Made by a program: the position numbers and the translations under genes
Source of the DNA: Octopus vulgaris
Taxonomy: Eukaryota
NCBI GenBank assembly: GCA_951406725.2
Contig: OX597816.1
Span: 75,888,001-75,952,000 of the forward strand
Reading direction: 5' to 3'
Length of the DNA: 64,000 bases
The notes under the pieces: generated by a model
Database searches by the model: none
Seen by the model: the letters and a program-made list of their open reading frames with translations, nothing else
Told to the model about the DNA's origin: nothing
Part shown: positions 1 to 14,698 of the stretch, one piece after another
How the letters are laid out: every line of letters starts with the position of its first letter
Numbering within the stretch: the first letter of the stretch is position 1

Positions 1-330
1 TTCGTCTGCCGCTACGTTCTGAGTTCAAGTTCAGCCGAGGTCAACTTTGCCTTGCATCCTTTCGGGGTCGATAAATTAAGTACCAGTTACGCACTGGGGT
101 CGATGAAATCGACTTAATCCGTTTGTCTGTCCTTGTTTGTCCTCTCTGTGTTTAGCCCCTTGTGGGTAGTAAAGAAATAGGTATTTCGTCTGCCGTTACG
201 TTCTGAGTTCAAATTTCACCGAGGTCGACTTTGCCTTTCATCCTTTCGGGGTCGATGCAATCGACTTAATCCTTTTGTCTGTCCTTGTTTGTCCCCTCTG
301 TATTTAGCCCCCTGTGAGCAATAAAGAAAT
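1..330 (+). mobile_element. SINE family A, dimeric copy (5' end cut by the window edge)
   Basis: Two tandem units of the core GTTCAAATT..CCGAGGTCGACTTTGCCTTTCATCCTTTCGGGGTCGAT, each followed by the tail TTGTCC(C/T)CTCTGT..AGCCCC..GTG...A(A/G)TAAAGAAAT. Homologous to copies at 2512, 50131 and 61665. Confidence 0.9.
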
Positions 331-699
331 ATATATTAGTGCGGCGACTAAATCGTCTATCAATGTTCTAAAACTTGAGGTATTAACTTCTAGTGTGTAT
401 ACAGAGGCGTACTATCAAATAGAGGATATTCTCAGACACAAAATCTTGAATACCCAAATGAACCATGATATTCCATGCCTTTTTCTGATTACGGCAATGA
501 TTGATAGTAATGATACATTCATCTTTATATTTAAAGTAAAGAGTGTGTAAATTAATGTGACTGAAAGGAAAATTCGCATCGAGGTTTCAAATTTAAGTTG
601 AAATCTAGGTTAGTTCTTATAGAAAAAGAGATATACCTTCATTTTAAATTAATTTTTATTATAAAAAATATTTACCAAAAGGCAATCTTTATATTCAGC

Positions 700-1017
700 T
701 TCACGTTGATATCTTGTTAGAACTGTCGCTTATGATTATCTTTTAATAAGCTTGCAGGCTATTTGCGACATCAGTGACTGAAAAGACACTTGTATATATA
801 GTGGTAGCGAGATTTGGCTGGTGGTCACCGGAGGCTTTCCTCTAAAGAAGTGCAGTAGACTGAAATCACATGATCTGGCAGTTGCGGTGCCTATAACAGG
901 CGCTTCTTGTCTGTTATGATATATGTCTGTGCTTTTATGGACCATGCGTCAATATGAGAGGACCGCTCAAGGCGAATTCCACAGTATTCGGCGTTCTAAC
1001 AAGATATCCACATTAAG
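700..1017. mobile_element. Fold-back mini-element with a degenerate hammerhead (probable Penelope-like remnant)
   Basis: Perfect inverted repeat GATATCTTGTTAGAAC (708-723) / GTTCTAACAAGATATC (993-1008). Internal CTAAAGA-AGT..ACT-GAAA-TCACATGA-TC at 839-878. Confidence 0.5.
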
Positions 1018-2315
1018 TTGCATATAAAGATTGACTTTTATTATTCTTTCAATTATCTCTATATCTATTGTTTCAGTCATACAGAATACATTTCTTTTCT
1101 TCTAGTAAACATTCTCGTCTGGATTAAATTAGCTAATCAACGATCAGTATGTGATAGAAGATCTGATAATACTCTCTTGATGCTTAATACTTATCAGATC
1201 AATTCTGTATGGTAAGTAGATGCAGCTCTTAAAAGCCTTGATCCTTTAGCTGCAATCGCTACAATATCCCATGATGTATCTCACAGATCTTCATCGTCAA
1301 TTAACGTAGTCGGAATTTCATAAAAAACAACAAACAACGGCCGGTCGACCTACTAGCACTAGCAACAAAATCTCTCAATATTTAACCTCTCGTGGTGCCT
1401 ATTTGGTCAACAAACTGCAAATCCTTGGTCGATACGACAAAAACTGAGCTGTAGCTACAATATAACAATGAAAAAGGCAATATCAATGACTATTTTTAAT
1501 GGTTTGGTCAGAAGAGAACCACACGCTTATAAAGGTCTCTGTGCTAGGTTGGATAAGATTATCTTCAGAGCGGAAATAGGATCAAATACTGAAGAGAGCC
1601 AAAGGTCAGGTTGTGGTGTGAAGAAGGGCGGTGGATTTTTATCAGCTGGACCAGATCTATATACGCGTTTACATTTTCAGTAGTCATATAACATTTGTAT
1701 GTTGTGATTTAGTCCCAAAGCAACTTTCATCGAACAGACAAAGACATTTCAGCTATGATTGTTCTACCTTTTTTTTATCAAACACGTATCGTGTACAGTG
1801 TTACTTTTACCCAATTTATTATTACTTTATCTTTTATTAAGACGCTAGATTCTGGCTTCAGGCAGATTTGGCTGCTACTTAATGCAGGTTGAGCGACCAC
1901 TGAGAAGCTCTTTCTTTGGACTGTTTCTATTAATACAGTTCTTATTATTGATGCTGCTATTTTTTGCAGTTTCTGACATACATGAGATAATCGATGCCAT
2001 ATTGGTTTCTGTTTTATAGGAAAGGTGTCTGGTTTGTTTTTGTTTGTTTTCGTTTCCCTAACATCTTTTGACATCCTAATTGCTTGACTTAGCAGATAGA
2101 GCTCTACCTAAATATCCACCATCCATCTTAACGTCACACTTATTTAGAACACAGTTTATACGGAAACTGCTCTCTCTATTTCCTGTGTAAATATATAGAA
2201 CGAAAATACGTTTTTCGTGTAGAAATACAAAAAGGAATGTTTACTATTCTGTATGAAGTCACCTAACTGTTTTATAATCAAAGACAGTAGGAGTCCACTT
2301 AAGATTTTCACTCTC

Positions 2316-2510
<195 letters not shown>

Positions 2511-2511
2511 T

Positions 2512-2727
2512 AAGGCAGCGAGCTGGTGAGACAGCACGCCGGGCAAAATGCTTAGCGGTATTTAGTCCGCTTTTTACATTTTGCGTTCAAATTTCACCGA
2601 CGTCGACTTTGCCTTTCATCCTTTCGGGGGTCGACAAATTAAGTACCAGTTGAGTTCTGGGGTCGATGTAATCGATTTACCCCACCTCCCAAAAATTTCA
2701 GGACTTGTACCTATAGTAGAAAGGATT
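2512..2727 (+). mobile_element. SINE family A, monomer with alternative tail B
   Basis: Head AAGGCAGCGAGCTGG, GTTCAAATT B-box-like motif, same core, tail ...AAAATTTCAGGACTTGTACCTATAGTAGAAAGGATT. Confidence 0.85.
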
Positions 2728-3039
2728 ATCATTATTTGTTTTTTGGAACTGGAGTCTTGTATGCGTAGCGGGCTTGTTACCTGCAGCCTACTGTACCACG
2801 CTATTCGTTCTTTTCTGCTCTTTAATACTTTCAATTATCACATCGACAACGAACGGAGGTGGTCGGACTGAAGTTTTAACATTAGTGTTTAAAACTGAAT
2901 TTAAAGCGAAATCTTGGTCTTGGTTTTCCGGATTTGTTTTTATCGTTCTCACAGAATGTTTTTGTGAAGATGAAACTCTGCGTTCATTGTTCTTTGTGCG
3001 ACAAACTCTGGCAAGATGTCCTGTTGTATTTCATAAATG

Positions 3040-3318
3040 ACAAACGGTTTCCAAAGGTGAATTATCCAAACCCCAAAGAATTCCTCTCAACACATGGCTA
3101 TGATACACCACCACTACTTCTGCTTGTGATAAGAGGTGCATATATCGTCATCCACTAAGGGACATGCTCAAATGTTTAACGTCAAACAACTGGCAAGTAA
3201 ATTTGTGGTATTGTCGCCCATCTTTTATATGAAGAAGAAATCAATATACATGATAACACTTCCAATCAGTTAAGACTAGAAGCCATGAGAGCCATTGCCT
3301 GGTACTGTATCAAGACAA
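3040..3318. repeat. Partial copy of the ~556-bp (TAA)n-associated non-coding element
   Basis: Matches the second half of 27391-27946 (GGTGAATTAT.CAAACCCCAAAGAAT...GCCTGGTACTG). Confidence 0.85.
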
Positions 3319-3356
3319 TCATCCTCCTCCTCCTCCTCCTCCTCATCATCATCATT

Positions 3357-4187
3357 ATTTTGCTTGACTTTTGCTTTGCATTTGTACAAGTTGGCTCCAA
3401 GTATCATTGAGAGACCTCAAGAGACAAGTTAGAAGTTCATGTTGGTGTTATGCCTAAAGTGCCATATATTTGGTGGGCAGTTTCCATGAGCACTATCTTT
3501 TGAATTTCTGCCATTTTGAAATTTTCTGGTATCTGAGCTAGGTAGCAATCAGTCCCTTTTACTATCATTCCCAGGGTACCTATGACAACAGGTATTGTTT
3601 TAGTCATCAGGTTCCACATTTTGCTAATTTCTATTTCAAGATCTTTATATTTGCTCAGTTTTTGGTAGGTCTTGACAGATACATTTATATCGATTGGGAC
3701 AGTCATATCAATTAGTAGGTATGAGTTTTGTCTGAAGTCTTTTACTATGATGTCTGACCTATTCGCGTCTATCTTTCTGTCAGTTTGAATGATGAAGTTC
3801 CAGAGGAGTGAGTTGTGATAATTTTCAAGCACTGGAGGTGGTTTGTGTTCCCACCAGTTTTTATCATGGTGCAAGTCCAGGCTTTTGCAAATTACCCAGT
3901 AAATATGTTGTGAAGCTCTATCATGCCTGTTGAGATACTCTGTAGGCGAAAGAAGACTGCACATGGAGACAACATGATCAATGGTTTCATTTTGTTGTTG
4001 ACATACATGACATGTTGGGAAGCTGCCGTTCTTTAATATGTTGGCCTGGTAGTTCCTTGAAGGTAGGCATTGATCTTGGGCTACTCTGATAAACCCATCT
4101 GTTTCAGATTTTAAGCTAGAAGCCATTAGCCATTAGCCATTGATGGGTAAGGGCTTTGTCAACATCGGCATTATTCGCTCTCTTTGG

Positions 4188-4188
<1 letters not shown>
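3357..4188 (-). mobile_element. R4/Dong-clade non-LTR retrotransposon 3' fragment (CCHC finger + restriction-like endonuclease)
   Basis: ORF 3437-4126: AQDQ.L..RNY, CHVC..ETIDHVVSMC, RHD, RSDI..LIDMTVP, K..KYKDL..EI. Abuts (ATT)n. Confidence 0.9.

Positions 4189-4262
<74 letters not shown>
4189..4262. repeat. (ATT)n microsatellite
   Basis: Direct reading. Confidence 0.97.
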
Positions 4263-4799
4263 GAGTGAGAGAGAAGTGCATGCCATCAAAGTGATACTGG
4301 GGTAAAATATACGATGCCCAGTTTACCCGTCATGACTAACTGTCTGGTAAGGGTACACCAGGCACATGCATCACAACCATATGTGCGCGACATGGTGTTC
4401 TCATATCAAGATAAACAGCGCATGACCTTGCTCAGTTAGAATTTTCTTCAGGCCGAGTAACCCATCTCGCTCAAAAGGTCCCTGAATAAGGTTTGTTTAA
4501 AGATGTAGAACGAAACACCCATACTTCCAAGGGTGAATTATCCAGACCCCAAAGCATTCCTCTCAACACATGGCTATGATACTCCCCCACTACTTCTGCT
4601 CGTGATCGGAGATGTACATATCAGCCACTAAATGACATGCTCAACTGGTTAAGGTCAAGCAACTGACAAGCAAATCTGTGATATTGAGCAGAATATTTGA
4701 TGTAGCTCATCTTTTATACCAAGACCAAAACTATGTACATGACACTTCCAATCTGTTAAGATCAGAAGCCACGAGAGCCACTGCCTGGCACTGCATCAG
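4263..4799. repeat. Near full-length copy of the ~556-bp (TAA)n-associated element
   Basis: Starts GAGTGAGAGA directly after (ATT)n; colinear with 27391-27946. Confidence 0.9.
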
Positions 4800-4802
4800 A
4801 AA

Positions 4803-5075
4803 AGCAGAAATCTAATCTACTGAATCAAATGCCCGAATTGTGACGATATTTATGGGACAAACAGGAAACTCATTGCCGGACGGCATGCAAGTACACCGAC
4901 AACAAATTAGGGATCCTCATATTAGTGAGATCCCATTAAGTAATCACTTAGAACATGCGGCAAGAAAATGTTTTCAATATACTCATTTTAAAAACTTTAC
5001 AATTGAAGTTGAGTAGAATAGAACAGAAAATAATTTTATTGAGAAACTTAAACCCGTTATGAATGGACGTTCTAA
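4803..5075 (+). pseudogene. Penelope-like GIY-YIG endonuclease relic
   Basis: Frameshifted translation RNLIY*IKCPNCDDIY-GQTGNSL...VHRQQIRDP...IPLSNHL...FIEKLKPVMN. Confidence 0.7.
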
Positions 5076-5948
5076 ATATGAAGAAGAATGATAATATCAA
5101 TATTTATTTAAATTTAATTCTACTCAAAGACTGTAGTGATATTGACAACATTATTAATTTCAATTTGTATTTCATTTCATTTAAAAATATTTAAGGCGAG
5201 ACTACGATTTGTAGCATTAGATAATTCTCAACATTTGACTGTTATCGAACTCTCTAATGGTGTCTTTGTTTAATTATAACGTTTCTATGAAAAGTGCTGT
5301 CAATGTCAAAACTGTTTCTGCGCTCATCAAAATGTGACGCCTAAGCCGTATGCTGATTGGTTATAATGGTGTTCGTAAGCTTCAGCTTGTTGGAGTCTAT
5401 CGGCAGGTACCTAATGGAAAAATTCAGTCAAACCACTTTTGCTCTCAAATAAGCATAGCTTATTGTTAATGCTGCTAATACATAAACATTTACTTGAAGA
5501 TTGTTATAAAATATGAAAGTAATCGAAATATCGAAAGATGTAATATTATAAAAATGAAAAAATACAAACATATAATGCAAAAATGGGACTACTTGGAATT
5601 TGATTAACTTCAGTTGGCAGAAACTGAGGTCACCACCGATGTATTTCAATTTCGCGCCTAATTTGAATGTATATTGAGTGATTTCTTTCCATTTTCTTCC
5701 TAGTTTTCTTAATTACTATAATTCTTTTTAATGCTTTTTCAATTATCTACTCATGAATATATTTAATATGATAATTATTCATGTGATTAACAACGTGACA
5801 TTTAACCTATAACATTTAAATAATTTCAAACTTGGATACTATTCTCTATAATAGACTCAGCTTTTACCAATTAGAATATTCTAGACCTATAGTCTCTGTA
5901 CATACATACATACATACATACATACATACATACATACATACATGCATA

Positions 5949-5981
<33 letters not shown>

Positions 5982-6984
5982 TATATATACATAAATACAT
6001 ACATATGCACATACACGCATACAAGTGATGTGAGGGTGTCTGTTTAGATGACATAATGGAATAAAAAACGCGAATGAAGGAAATCATGTTTCTATTTCTT
6101 CATTAAGACGTTCCAAGAGAAGCAAAAAGAGTTTCTTAAGGAAATGAGATATTAGGAAAGAAAACTAATGTTCTTTAGCCATGTACAATTAGATACACAC
6201 ACACACTTACATGCGCTCACACATGTATGGGAATATATGTGTGTAAGTATGTATGAGTGATGTATGTATGTATATGTGCACGCGAGCGTATTTGTCCGTT
6301 CGTATGTAAATACAAAATCATAAGAAATAAACTCATGGTGACATCCATCTGAACTCTGACAAGTCAAAAACAACTTTAATTATTAACAGAAATAGCGTAA
6401 GATAATACTGCCGCGAGCAGATTATAGTTTGATTTTAATCCAGTTGAATTTTTACCAGTCTGAAGGGAAATTACTGAGATGAAATTCATTTCAATTTTAC
6501 CGAACGTGTCAGTTTTAGTGGCCTGAAGAATGAGTAACTAAATATCTTTTGACTCTTCATTCTTTAGCCTCAATAACCATATTTATGCCGTCGGCACACT
6601 AGTTTGATCTTAATATTACTTTAAAATACACAGATTTGATAGTTTTCATTCAGTGACTGTATAACTTTTTTGTTGATAAACTGAGGTATATTGCATTCTT
6701 TTAACTAATGACGGAGAAATATAATAATAAAATAGGCAACATTGAGTTTATTGAAAGTATATGACATTGAATTAGTAAGATTAACAAAAAATGTTTATGT
6801 AGATGCGTGTTTGAATTGTTCATAAGACTGAGCTAATGAAATATGAGTACGAAAATGTGACTGAAGATGACAGAAAGATACTTTTGCTTATGGTATATTC
6901 ATAATCTGGAAATTTAATGTTCATCCGAGGTTTATGTTGCAAATTATTGCTAACATCACGTAATAAAAGCAATATTTACTACGT

Positions 6985-7059
6985 ACATGCATACATATAT
7001 ACATACATAGATACATACACACATACATAGACATATACACACATACATACATGCATACA

Positions 7060-7102
<43 letters not shown>

Positions 7103-7156
7103 ACAAGCATACATACATATATGTATGTATATATATGTATATATATATACATAGAG

Positions 7157-7240
<84 letters not shown>

Positions 7241-7383
7241 ATATATGCATATGTTGTTTAAATAATAAGAATTTAGAAACTTCGAGACACGAAATATATA
7301 ATTTTTAACTGTTAGAGTTAGGAAAGTCTATGACAGCGTGTGATTCAGATTTATTTACTCTGAGTTTTATTAAACGATTTATT

Positions 7384-7443
<60 letters not shown>

Positions 7444-7506
7444 GCACACGTACACACAAACATGTATATGCATATATACACAAATATACATATATGTATA
7501 TGTGAG

Positions 7507-7540
<34 letters not shown>
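6985..7540. repeat. (AT)n/(AC)n/(TACA)n microsatellite block
   Basis: Direct reading. Confidence 0.95.
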
Positions 7541-7544
<4 letters not shown>

Positions 7545-7545
<1 letters not shown>

Positions 7546-8054
7546 CTATATATATAAAACTGTAGTTGTGTGAGTGTCTGTCTCCTACGATTTAGATTCC
7601 TAACTCCTCCCACATTTTGCGGTGCAGTTTAACCAAATTCGGGTATCTTATAGTCGTGATTAATATCGAGCCCGTCTGAGTATTAGCGCGCGTCTACGAT
7701 GAGTCAACGATTTTAAAAATAATTTAACATCATTTTTATTCCATTTTAATGCATAATTTTTCGTGTGTCGATGGCGGCGGAGTTGGCGTCCATGGTCACA
7801 CCTGCCTGTTTGCTTCTCCCCCTTCTTCCCTCCCTCGTGAAGCTGTGGGGAAGGGAGTTTAAGGAAATCAACGTCGTAATGCGTTGTCAAGTAGACCAGC
7901 GTTCTTTTAGAACAACGACTTCATGGCTTGAAGACACCAAAACAGAAATGGCTAAGAAAGCCCGAATTGGCATCTATAAAGGTAGTAACTCTCTAAAAAT
8001 GCTTATATAGTTATTTCCCTTACAAACCCGAGCAACACCGGGCGATACTGCTAG
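7545..8054 (+). mobile_element. Non-autonomous Helitron
   Basis: 5' A|TCTATATATATAAAA; 3' hairpin CCCGAGCAACACCGGG then CGATACTG-CTAG|T. Inserted between A and T with no TSD. Confidence 0.8.
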
Positions 8055-8700
8055 TATATATATATACAAAAAGTATGTTATAATTACACACATAATTATG
8101 ACAAGGGATCGGCTTTACGCCTCGTCACGCACTGTAGTAATAGATGCTAAAGCCCCCCGTCACCACCTAAACATCTCCGAGAATAACACTATATTGTAGG
8201 CGAGAAAAATAAAAATAATACTGCAATAAGATTCGGTTAACTATGTACAGGGTCGTGTTTCACGCTTAAAGTAAAAATATTTTACTTACTGCTCTCATAG
8301 GCGACAGATTTCCATACCATAGATTTACAGGTATCTCAAAATATGCATCCGATCAGCGGCATTGCATAACCAATATGCATCCACACTCGTGAAAATATAC
8401 TGCCAAGTAGAATCCACATCTTTCTTTTATAACCCTGGACTTATTCTTGGTAAGCTTGGTGCTTATTCTAAGGATATCTTCTGCCGAATCGCTAAGTTAC
8501 GGGGACGTAGACACACCAACAACGGTTTCTAAGCGATGGTGGTGGTGTTGGTGTTGGTGGGAGCGGACAAATAGACACACAATTGCACACACATAAAATT
8601 TACCTATGAGGCTTTTGTTTCCGCATTGACCGACCACCTGGTAAATTTATTATCGATTTTACCATTTTATTATAATGTGTGTGTATATATATATATATAT

Positions 8701-8968
8701 AAAAATATCTTCAAAAGAAAAATATAAGTCTTTGTGTAGCCTTAGTGGTGTTAGAAAATGGTTAACATAGCTGTATTAAAATACAGTGATAGAGTTTTGA
8801 CAATAAGAAAATGTTAAAAGGGCTTTGTGTTTAAACTGTTTAAACACAAAGCCCTCCTCTCTCTTTCTTTCTCTCTCTCTCTCTCTCTCTCTCTTTATAT
8901 ATATATATATATATATATATAGATATATATATATATATATATTTAAATGTATGTGTATATATATATGG

Positions 8969-9016
<48 letters not shown>

Positions 9017-9254
9017 GCATATATATATCTATATATCTCTTTTACTCTTTTACTTGTTTCAGTCATTTGACTGCGGCCATGCTGGAGCACCGCCTTTAAT
9101 CGAGCAACTCGACCCCGGGACTTATTCTTTTGTAAGTCCAGTACTTATTCTATCGGTCTCTTTTCCCGAACCGCTAAGTAACGGGGACATAAACACACCA
9201 GCATCGGTTGTCAAGCAATGCTAGGGGACAAACACAGACACACAAACACACACA

Positions 9255-9299
<45 letters not shown>

Positions 9300-9482
9300 G
9301 ACGGGCTTCTTTCAGTTTCCGTCTACCAAATCCACTCACAAGGCTTTGGTCGGCCCGAGGCTATAGTAGAAGACACTTGCCCAGGGTGCCACGCAGTGGG
9401 ACTGAACCCGGAACCATGTGGTTGGTAGACTTTTATATATATATATATATATATATATCCATATATTCATACATACATAAAT

Positions 9483-9568
<86 letters not shown>

Positions 9569-9817
9569 AGAGAGAGAAAGAGAGAAAGAAAGAGAAAGGG
9601 GGGCTTTGTGTTTAAACAGTTTAAACACAAAGCCCTTTTAACATTTTCTTATTGTCAAAACTCTATCACTATTTTAATACAGCTATGTTAACCATTTTCT
9701 AACACCACTAAGGCTACACAAAGACATATTTTCTTTTGAAGATATTTTTGTAAAAAAAGTGAAACATGTCAAGTCAATAAGCATCTTTAAAAGACCTCTG
9801 CATTTTCAAATACCCTT

Positions 9818-9820
<3 letters not shown>
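8701..9820. mobile_element. Large fold-back structure (~190-bp inverted arms) with a degenerate hammerhead; Penelope-like remnant carrying a nested SINE
   Basis: 8701-8895 is the near-exact reverse complement of 9565-9749. Each arm holds a 35-bp palindrome. HHR-like motif at 9733-9773. Confidence 0.7.
9040..9425 (-). mobile_element. SINE family B (tRNA-derived, CORE-like; resembles octopus OR-type SINEs)
   Basis: Minus strand GGTTCCGGGTTCAGTCCC..GGCACCCTGGGCAAGTGTCTTC, internal microsatellite, tail ...GACTGAAACAAGTAAAAGAGTAAAAGAG. Confidence 0.9.
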
Positions 9821-9895
<75 letters not shown>

Positions 9896-9984
9896 TTGTG
9901 TGTGTGTATGCGTGTGTGTGTATGTATGCGTGTGTGTGTATATGTGTGTGAGTGTGTGTGTATGTGTGTGTGTGTGTATATTAC

Positions 9985-10188
9985 TCTTAGTCTGTTATTA
10001 GTTTCAGTCATTTGAGTATGGCTATGCTTGTGTACTGCTTTTATTTGAAGAAATCGACCCTTGGACTTATTCTTTGTAAGCCTGGTGCTTCTTCTATCGA
10101 TATAGTCTGCCGAACCGCTGAGTTACGGGGATGTAGACACACCAACTTCGGTTTCTAAGTGATGGTGATGGGGACAGACAGACAGACA

Positions 10189-10227
<39 letters not shown>

Positions 10228-10400
10228 ACACATATATAGAACAGACTTCCTTCAGTTTCCGTCAACCAATTCCACTGAAATGCTTCTGGTCGGCCGAAGG
10301 CTATAGTAGAAGACGCTTGACCAAGCTATTACGATGTGGGACTGAACCCGGAACCATGTGGTTTGGAAACATGCTTCTTAGCACACATCCACGCCCGCGC
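9985..10400 (-). mobile_element. SINE family B, diverged copy
   Basis: Colinear with 9040-9425 and 47227-47632. Confidence 0.85.
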
Positions 10401-10401
10401 C

Positions 10402-10480
<79 letters not shown>

Positions 10481-10517
10481 GTATATACATTCATACACGC
10501 ACACACACTTATATATA

Positions 10518-11275
10518 TAGGAAAATGTGTTGTCGAAAATGCACCTAAATTTCAAAAACTCGTAATGAAATTTTACAAACACTAGTTGCTGACGTCACCT
10601 AATTCCAGACCAAGAAAAACCGAACTTCAGCAAATACAACGAAATGACCCTTTAAGAGAACCAACCAACCAAACGACTTATGACCATCTCCACAGCGAAA
10701 CCAACAAAGCAGAGCGACAAGCCTCTTGACCACCGCAAAAAAAAAAAACAAAAAAAAACGTCACGAGTATTTTAACGAATCAGAAATCAGATTCGCTCGG
10801 GGAAAAAATTATGAATACATCTGATCCAAAAACATACCACTACAAGCGAAAGCATCTCCCTTGTTTTTTTTTTCCAGTATGGGTTGTCGTCCTCCGCTAA
10901 TATTAATGAACGTTGTACATTCAAACAAATTGGTATACAGTTTTAGCATTATTGACTGCTATGAATATTCAAACTTACACCTGTCCTCTTAATTCATAAT
11001 GCTAAATTTACCTATTTTGAACACGTTCATTTATCAACATTGAAACATTTTAACTTGTCATCATTGAAACTTTTAAAGATGTTTTTTTAATTCATAACTT
11101 TAAACTTACACAATTGATAACGAAAGTTGTTTTTCTAATATTGTTGAAACTAGTTTGGTATATATGTAAATAAATGTATTTTAAACGTTTACGAGTTTTT
11201 AAATTTAGGTGAATTTTCAACAACACATTTTCCTAGATTTTTTCCTGAGTGGAAACCACCTTCTTTTGTTGTGTA
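10518..11275. mobile_element. Inverted-repeat-bounded element (47-bp arms) with a short 3' extension; probable Penelope-type remnant or MITE
   Basis: TAGGAAAATGTGTTGTCGAAAATGCACCTAAATTTCAAAAACTCGTAA (10518-10565) is inverted at 11189-11235. Confidence 0.6.
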
Positions 11276-11281
11276 TATAAT

Positions 11282-12415
11282 TTAGAAACTCTTTTTGGCA
11301 TTGAACTGATGAGCTTTGTGATTGTCTCTAGTGGAATTTCTACCCACTTTCACGCAACAATCAAAACAATTCATCTTTAGATTTAGGTTTCTGTCGATGT
11401 TTTTGTTCGGCTCTATCTAGCATGTTCCAAAGATTTTCAATTGGGTTTATGCCAGGAGATTGCCTCGGCCAAGCAATCTTTTTGATCCCATTTTCAGTCA
11501 GCTATTGTTGATTCCTTTCGGTGTGTGGCATGGAGCCCCATCTTCCGTAACTAAAAACTCATTTTTCGTTATGTTATCGTGTGAATACATCTGAAGCAGT
11601 CTTTGCTTAAGTATTTCGATGTATTTTTCAGAATTTATGGTTCCAACACATTCAATCAGCTCAGAACAACCATTGTTGGTGACAGCTCCCCATACCATTA
11701 CAGAGATACCGCCATGTTTCACAGTTGGTTGGTGTCATTTCAAATCAAATTCTTGATTGGGCAGTGTCCAGAACTCAAACACGTCCACTGTCTGAAAATA
11801 ATGCAAATCTGGATTCATCTGAGAAAATCACTCTATCCCAAAAGGAACTGGATTTTTCTGACATCTCCTTAGCCCATGTCTTTCTTTTCATGATATTAAT
11901 TGGTTGAAGGAGCGTTTTTCTTCTAGCTGCTCGCCCATAATACCCAAGCTTATCAGATATGTAGCAAACGTTCTTGGACTAACTTCTAGCTGTTTTGCAA
12001 TGTCAGAAGCCTTCGAACGTGGTTCGTTTTCCACAATTCTCTTCAAATAGCGAAGCTTCCTTTCCGAGGGCCCAGGTCGGCCGGAAGGAGAATCTGTTGA
12101 TTCTTTTCCTTGGCTTTTGAATTGCACTATAATTCTATTAACAGTAGCAAGAGGAATTTGAAGATTTTCGGCAATTTTTCGCTGGCTAAGACCAGCCTCA
12201 GATTGCCCAGTAATACGATCGCTTTGAAAATCTGACAGTTCTGCCAAATTTTTTTTGTGCGCGGCATGGTTATTCTTCGCAAATGTTTAATATAATGGCA
12301 CCTGGAATGAAAAAGAATAATTTCATTTTTAAATTCTACATCGCTGAAAACATATGACGCTTAGATAAGAAATTTTGAAAATTAAAGGTATCTATTTACT
12401 TCCTGTATGGCTGTG
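11282..12415 (-). mobile_element. Degenerate Tc1-like DNA transposon
   Basis: HTH region (11888-12247: MAELSDFQ...GLSQRKIA...SGRP), FSDESRF, KHGGISVMVWG, EDGAPCH, SPGINPIENLW. One TIR-like end followed by TA at 12416. Confidence 0.9.
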
Positions 12416-12483
12416 TATTTATTTCTAATCATATATATGTACGCGTGCACACATACACATACACATACTTAGACACCCACATA

Positions 12484-12534
<51 letters not shown>

Positions 12535-12919
12535 TTGTGTGTATACAGATATATATTCACTCACATAGAGATCATATGTAGTTCATTTGAAATTTATATT
12601 TCACTTCGTTGTTGTTGTTATTCCCCAAACTGCGGATTAGTCAAACGAAGCAAAAAGAATACTTACTTTGCTTCTTGAATGCATATTTATCGTTTTTGTT
12701 TCTTATGCACTCTGATGTTTTGTTTTAATTTTCCCTATAAGTTCGTATTAGCAATTATTGTCAGTATACAACTTCAAACATCTCTTCATTTTAATAACTA
12801 TTTTGATAGAAGTGCCTCTACAAGTTATATGGTTAATTTTTCATTTATTTTACTTTTCTTCACAATTACTTTAGTTCTAGAGCAAACATTTGTGTTTCAT
12901 ATATTAACACACACACACA

Positions 12920-12973
<54 letters not shown>

Positions 12974-13290
12974 CGTGCACGCATAATGCATTTTTTAAAT
13001 CTATAATTTTTTAACATCACATTGTGTATGTCTTTTTGAATTACAATATCTTCTCTATTGTACTTGTCACGTTAAATCATATAGAACATTAAATCCAACT
13101 TATTACTAACCCAGCTTAATCTATATAATATTTGTATATAGTCAGAGAGAAATATAGTGAATTTCGAAGAAATATAGAAAAAAAATATACTACTAGCAGA
13201 CCTAAAATAAGTATGTCACTGAGGAATATAATTCTATTATATGCAATTGCATTAACTCTCAAATCTATAAGATTATCTGTCTGTAAAAAA

Positions 13291-14150
<860 letters not shown>

Positions 14151-14183
14151 TTCTGATCTATACGATTACCTGTATGTAAAAAA

Positions 14184-14283
<100 letters not shown>

Positions 14284-14480
14284 GATCGATCGATCTATCT
14301 ATCTATCTACTAAAGAGCTAAAGGTATGCCTGCTTACATACGCACACATACGCACACACATAGACTAGTAGATTTGGCGATCTGAAAGTTGAGTTATTTC
14401 TTGTAGCAGATTATACTTTTTAATTATTGTTTACCGAAAGCCACCTTCGGACGCAGATTTCGAAAATCAAATGGGAATCG

Positions 14481-14698
14481 TATGTATGTATGTATGTATG
14501 TATGTATGTATGTATGTATGTATGTATGTATGTATGTATGTATGTATGTATGTATGTATGCATGCATGCATGCATGCATGTATGTATGTATGTATGTATG
14601 TATGTATGTATGTATGTATGTATGTATGTATGTATGTATGTATGTATGTATGTATGTATGTATGTATGTATGTATGTATGTATGTATGTATGTATGTA
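14481..14698. repeat. (TATG)n microsatellite with a (CATG)n interruption
   Basis: Direct reading. Confidence 0.97.

Noticed and set aside
1778-2074. 98-aa ORF
   Set aside because: No recognisable motif or splice context.
5300-5335. Hammerhead on the - strand (TTGATGAGCGCAGAAAC)
   Set aside because: The core is mutated and the stems cannot be paired convincingly.
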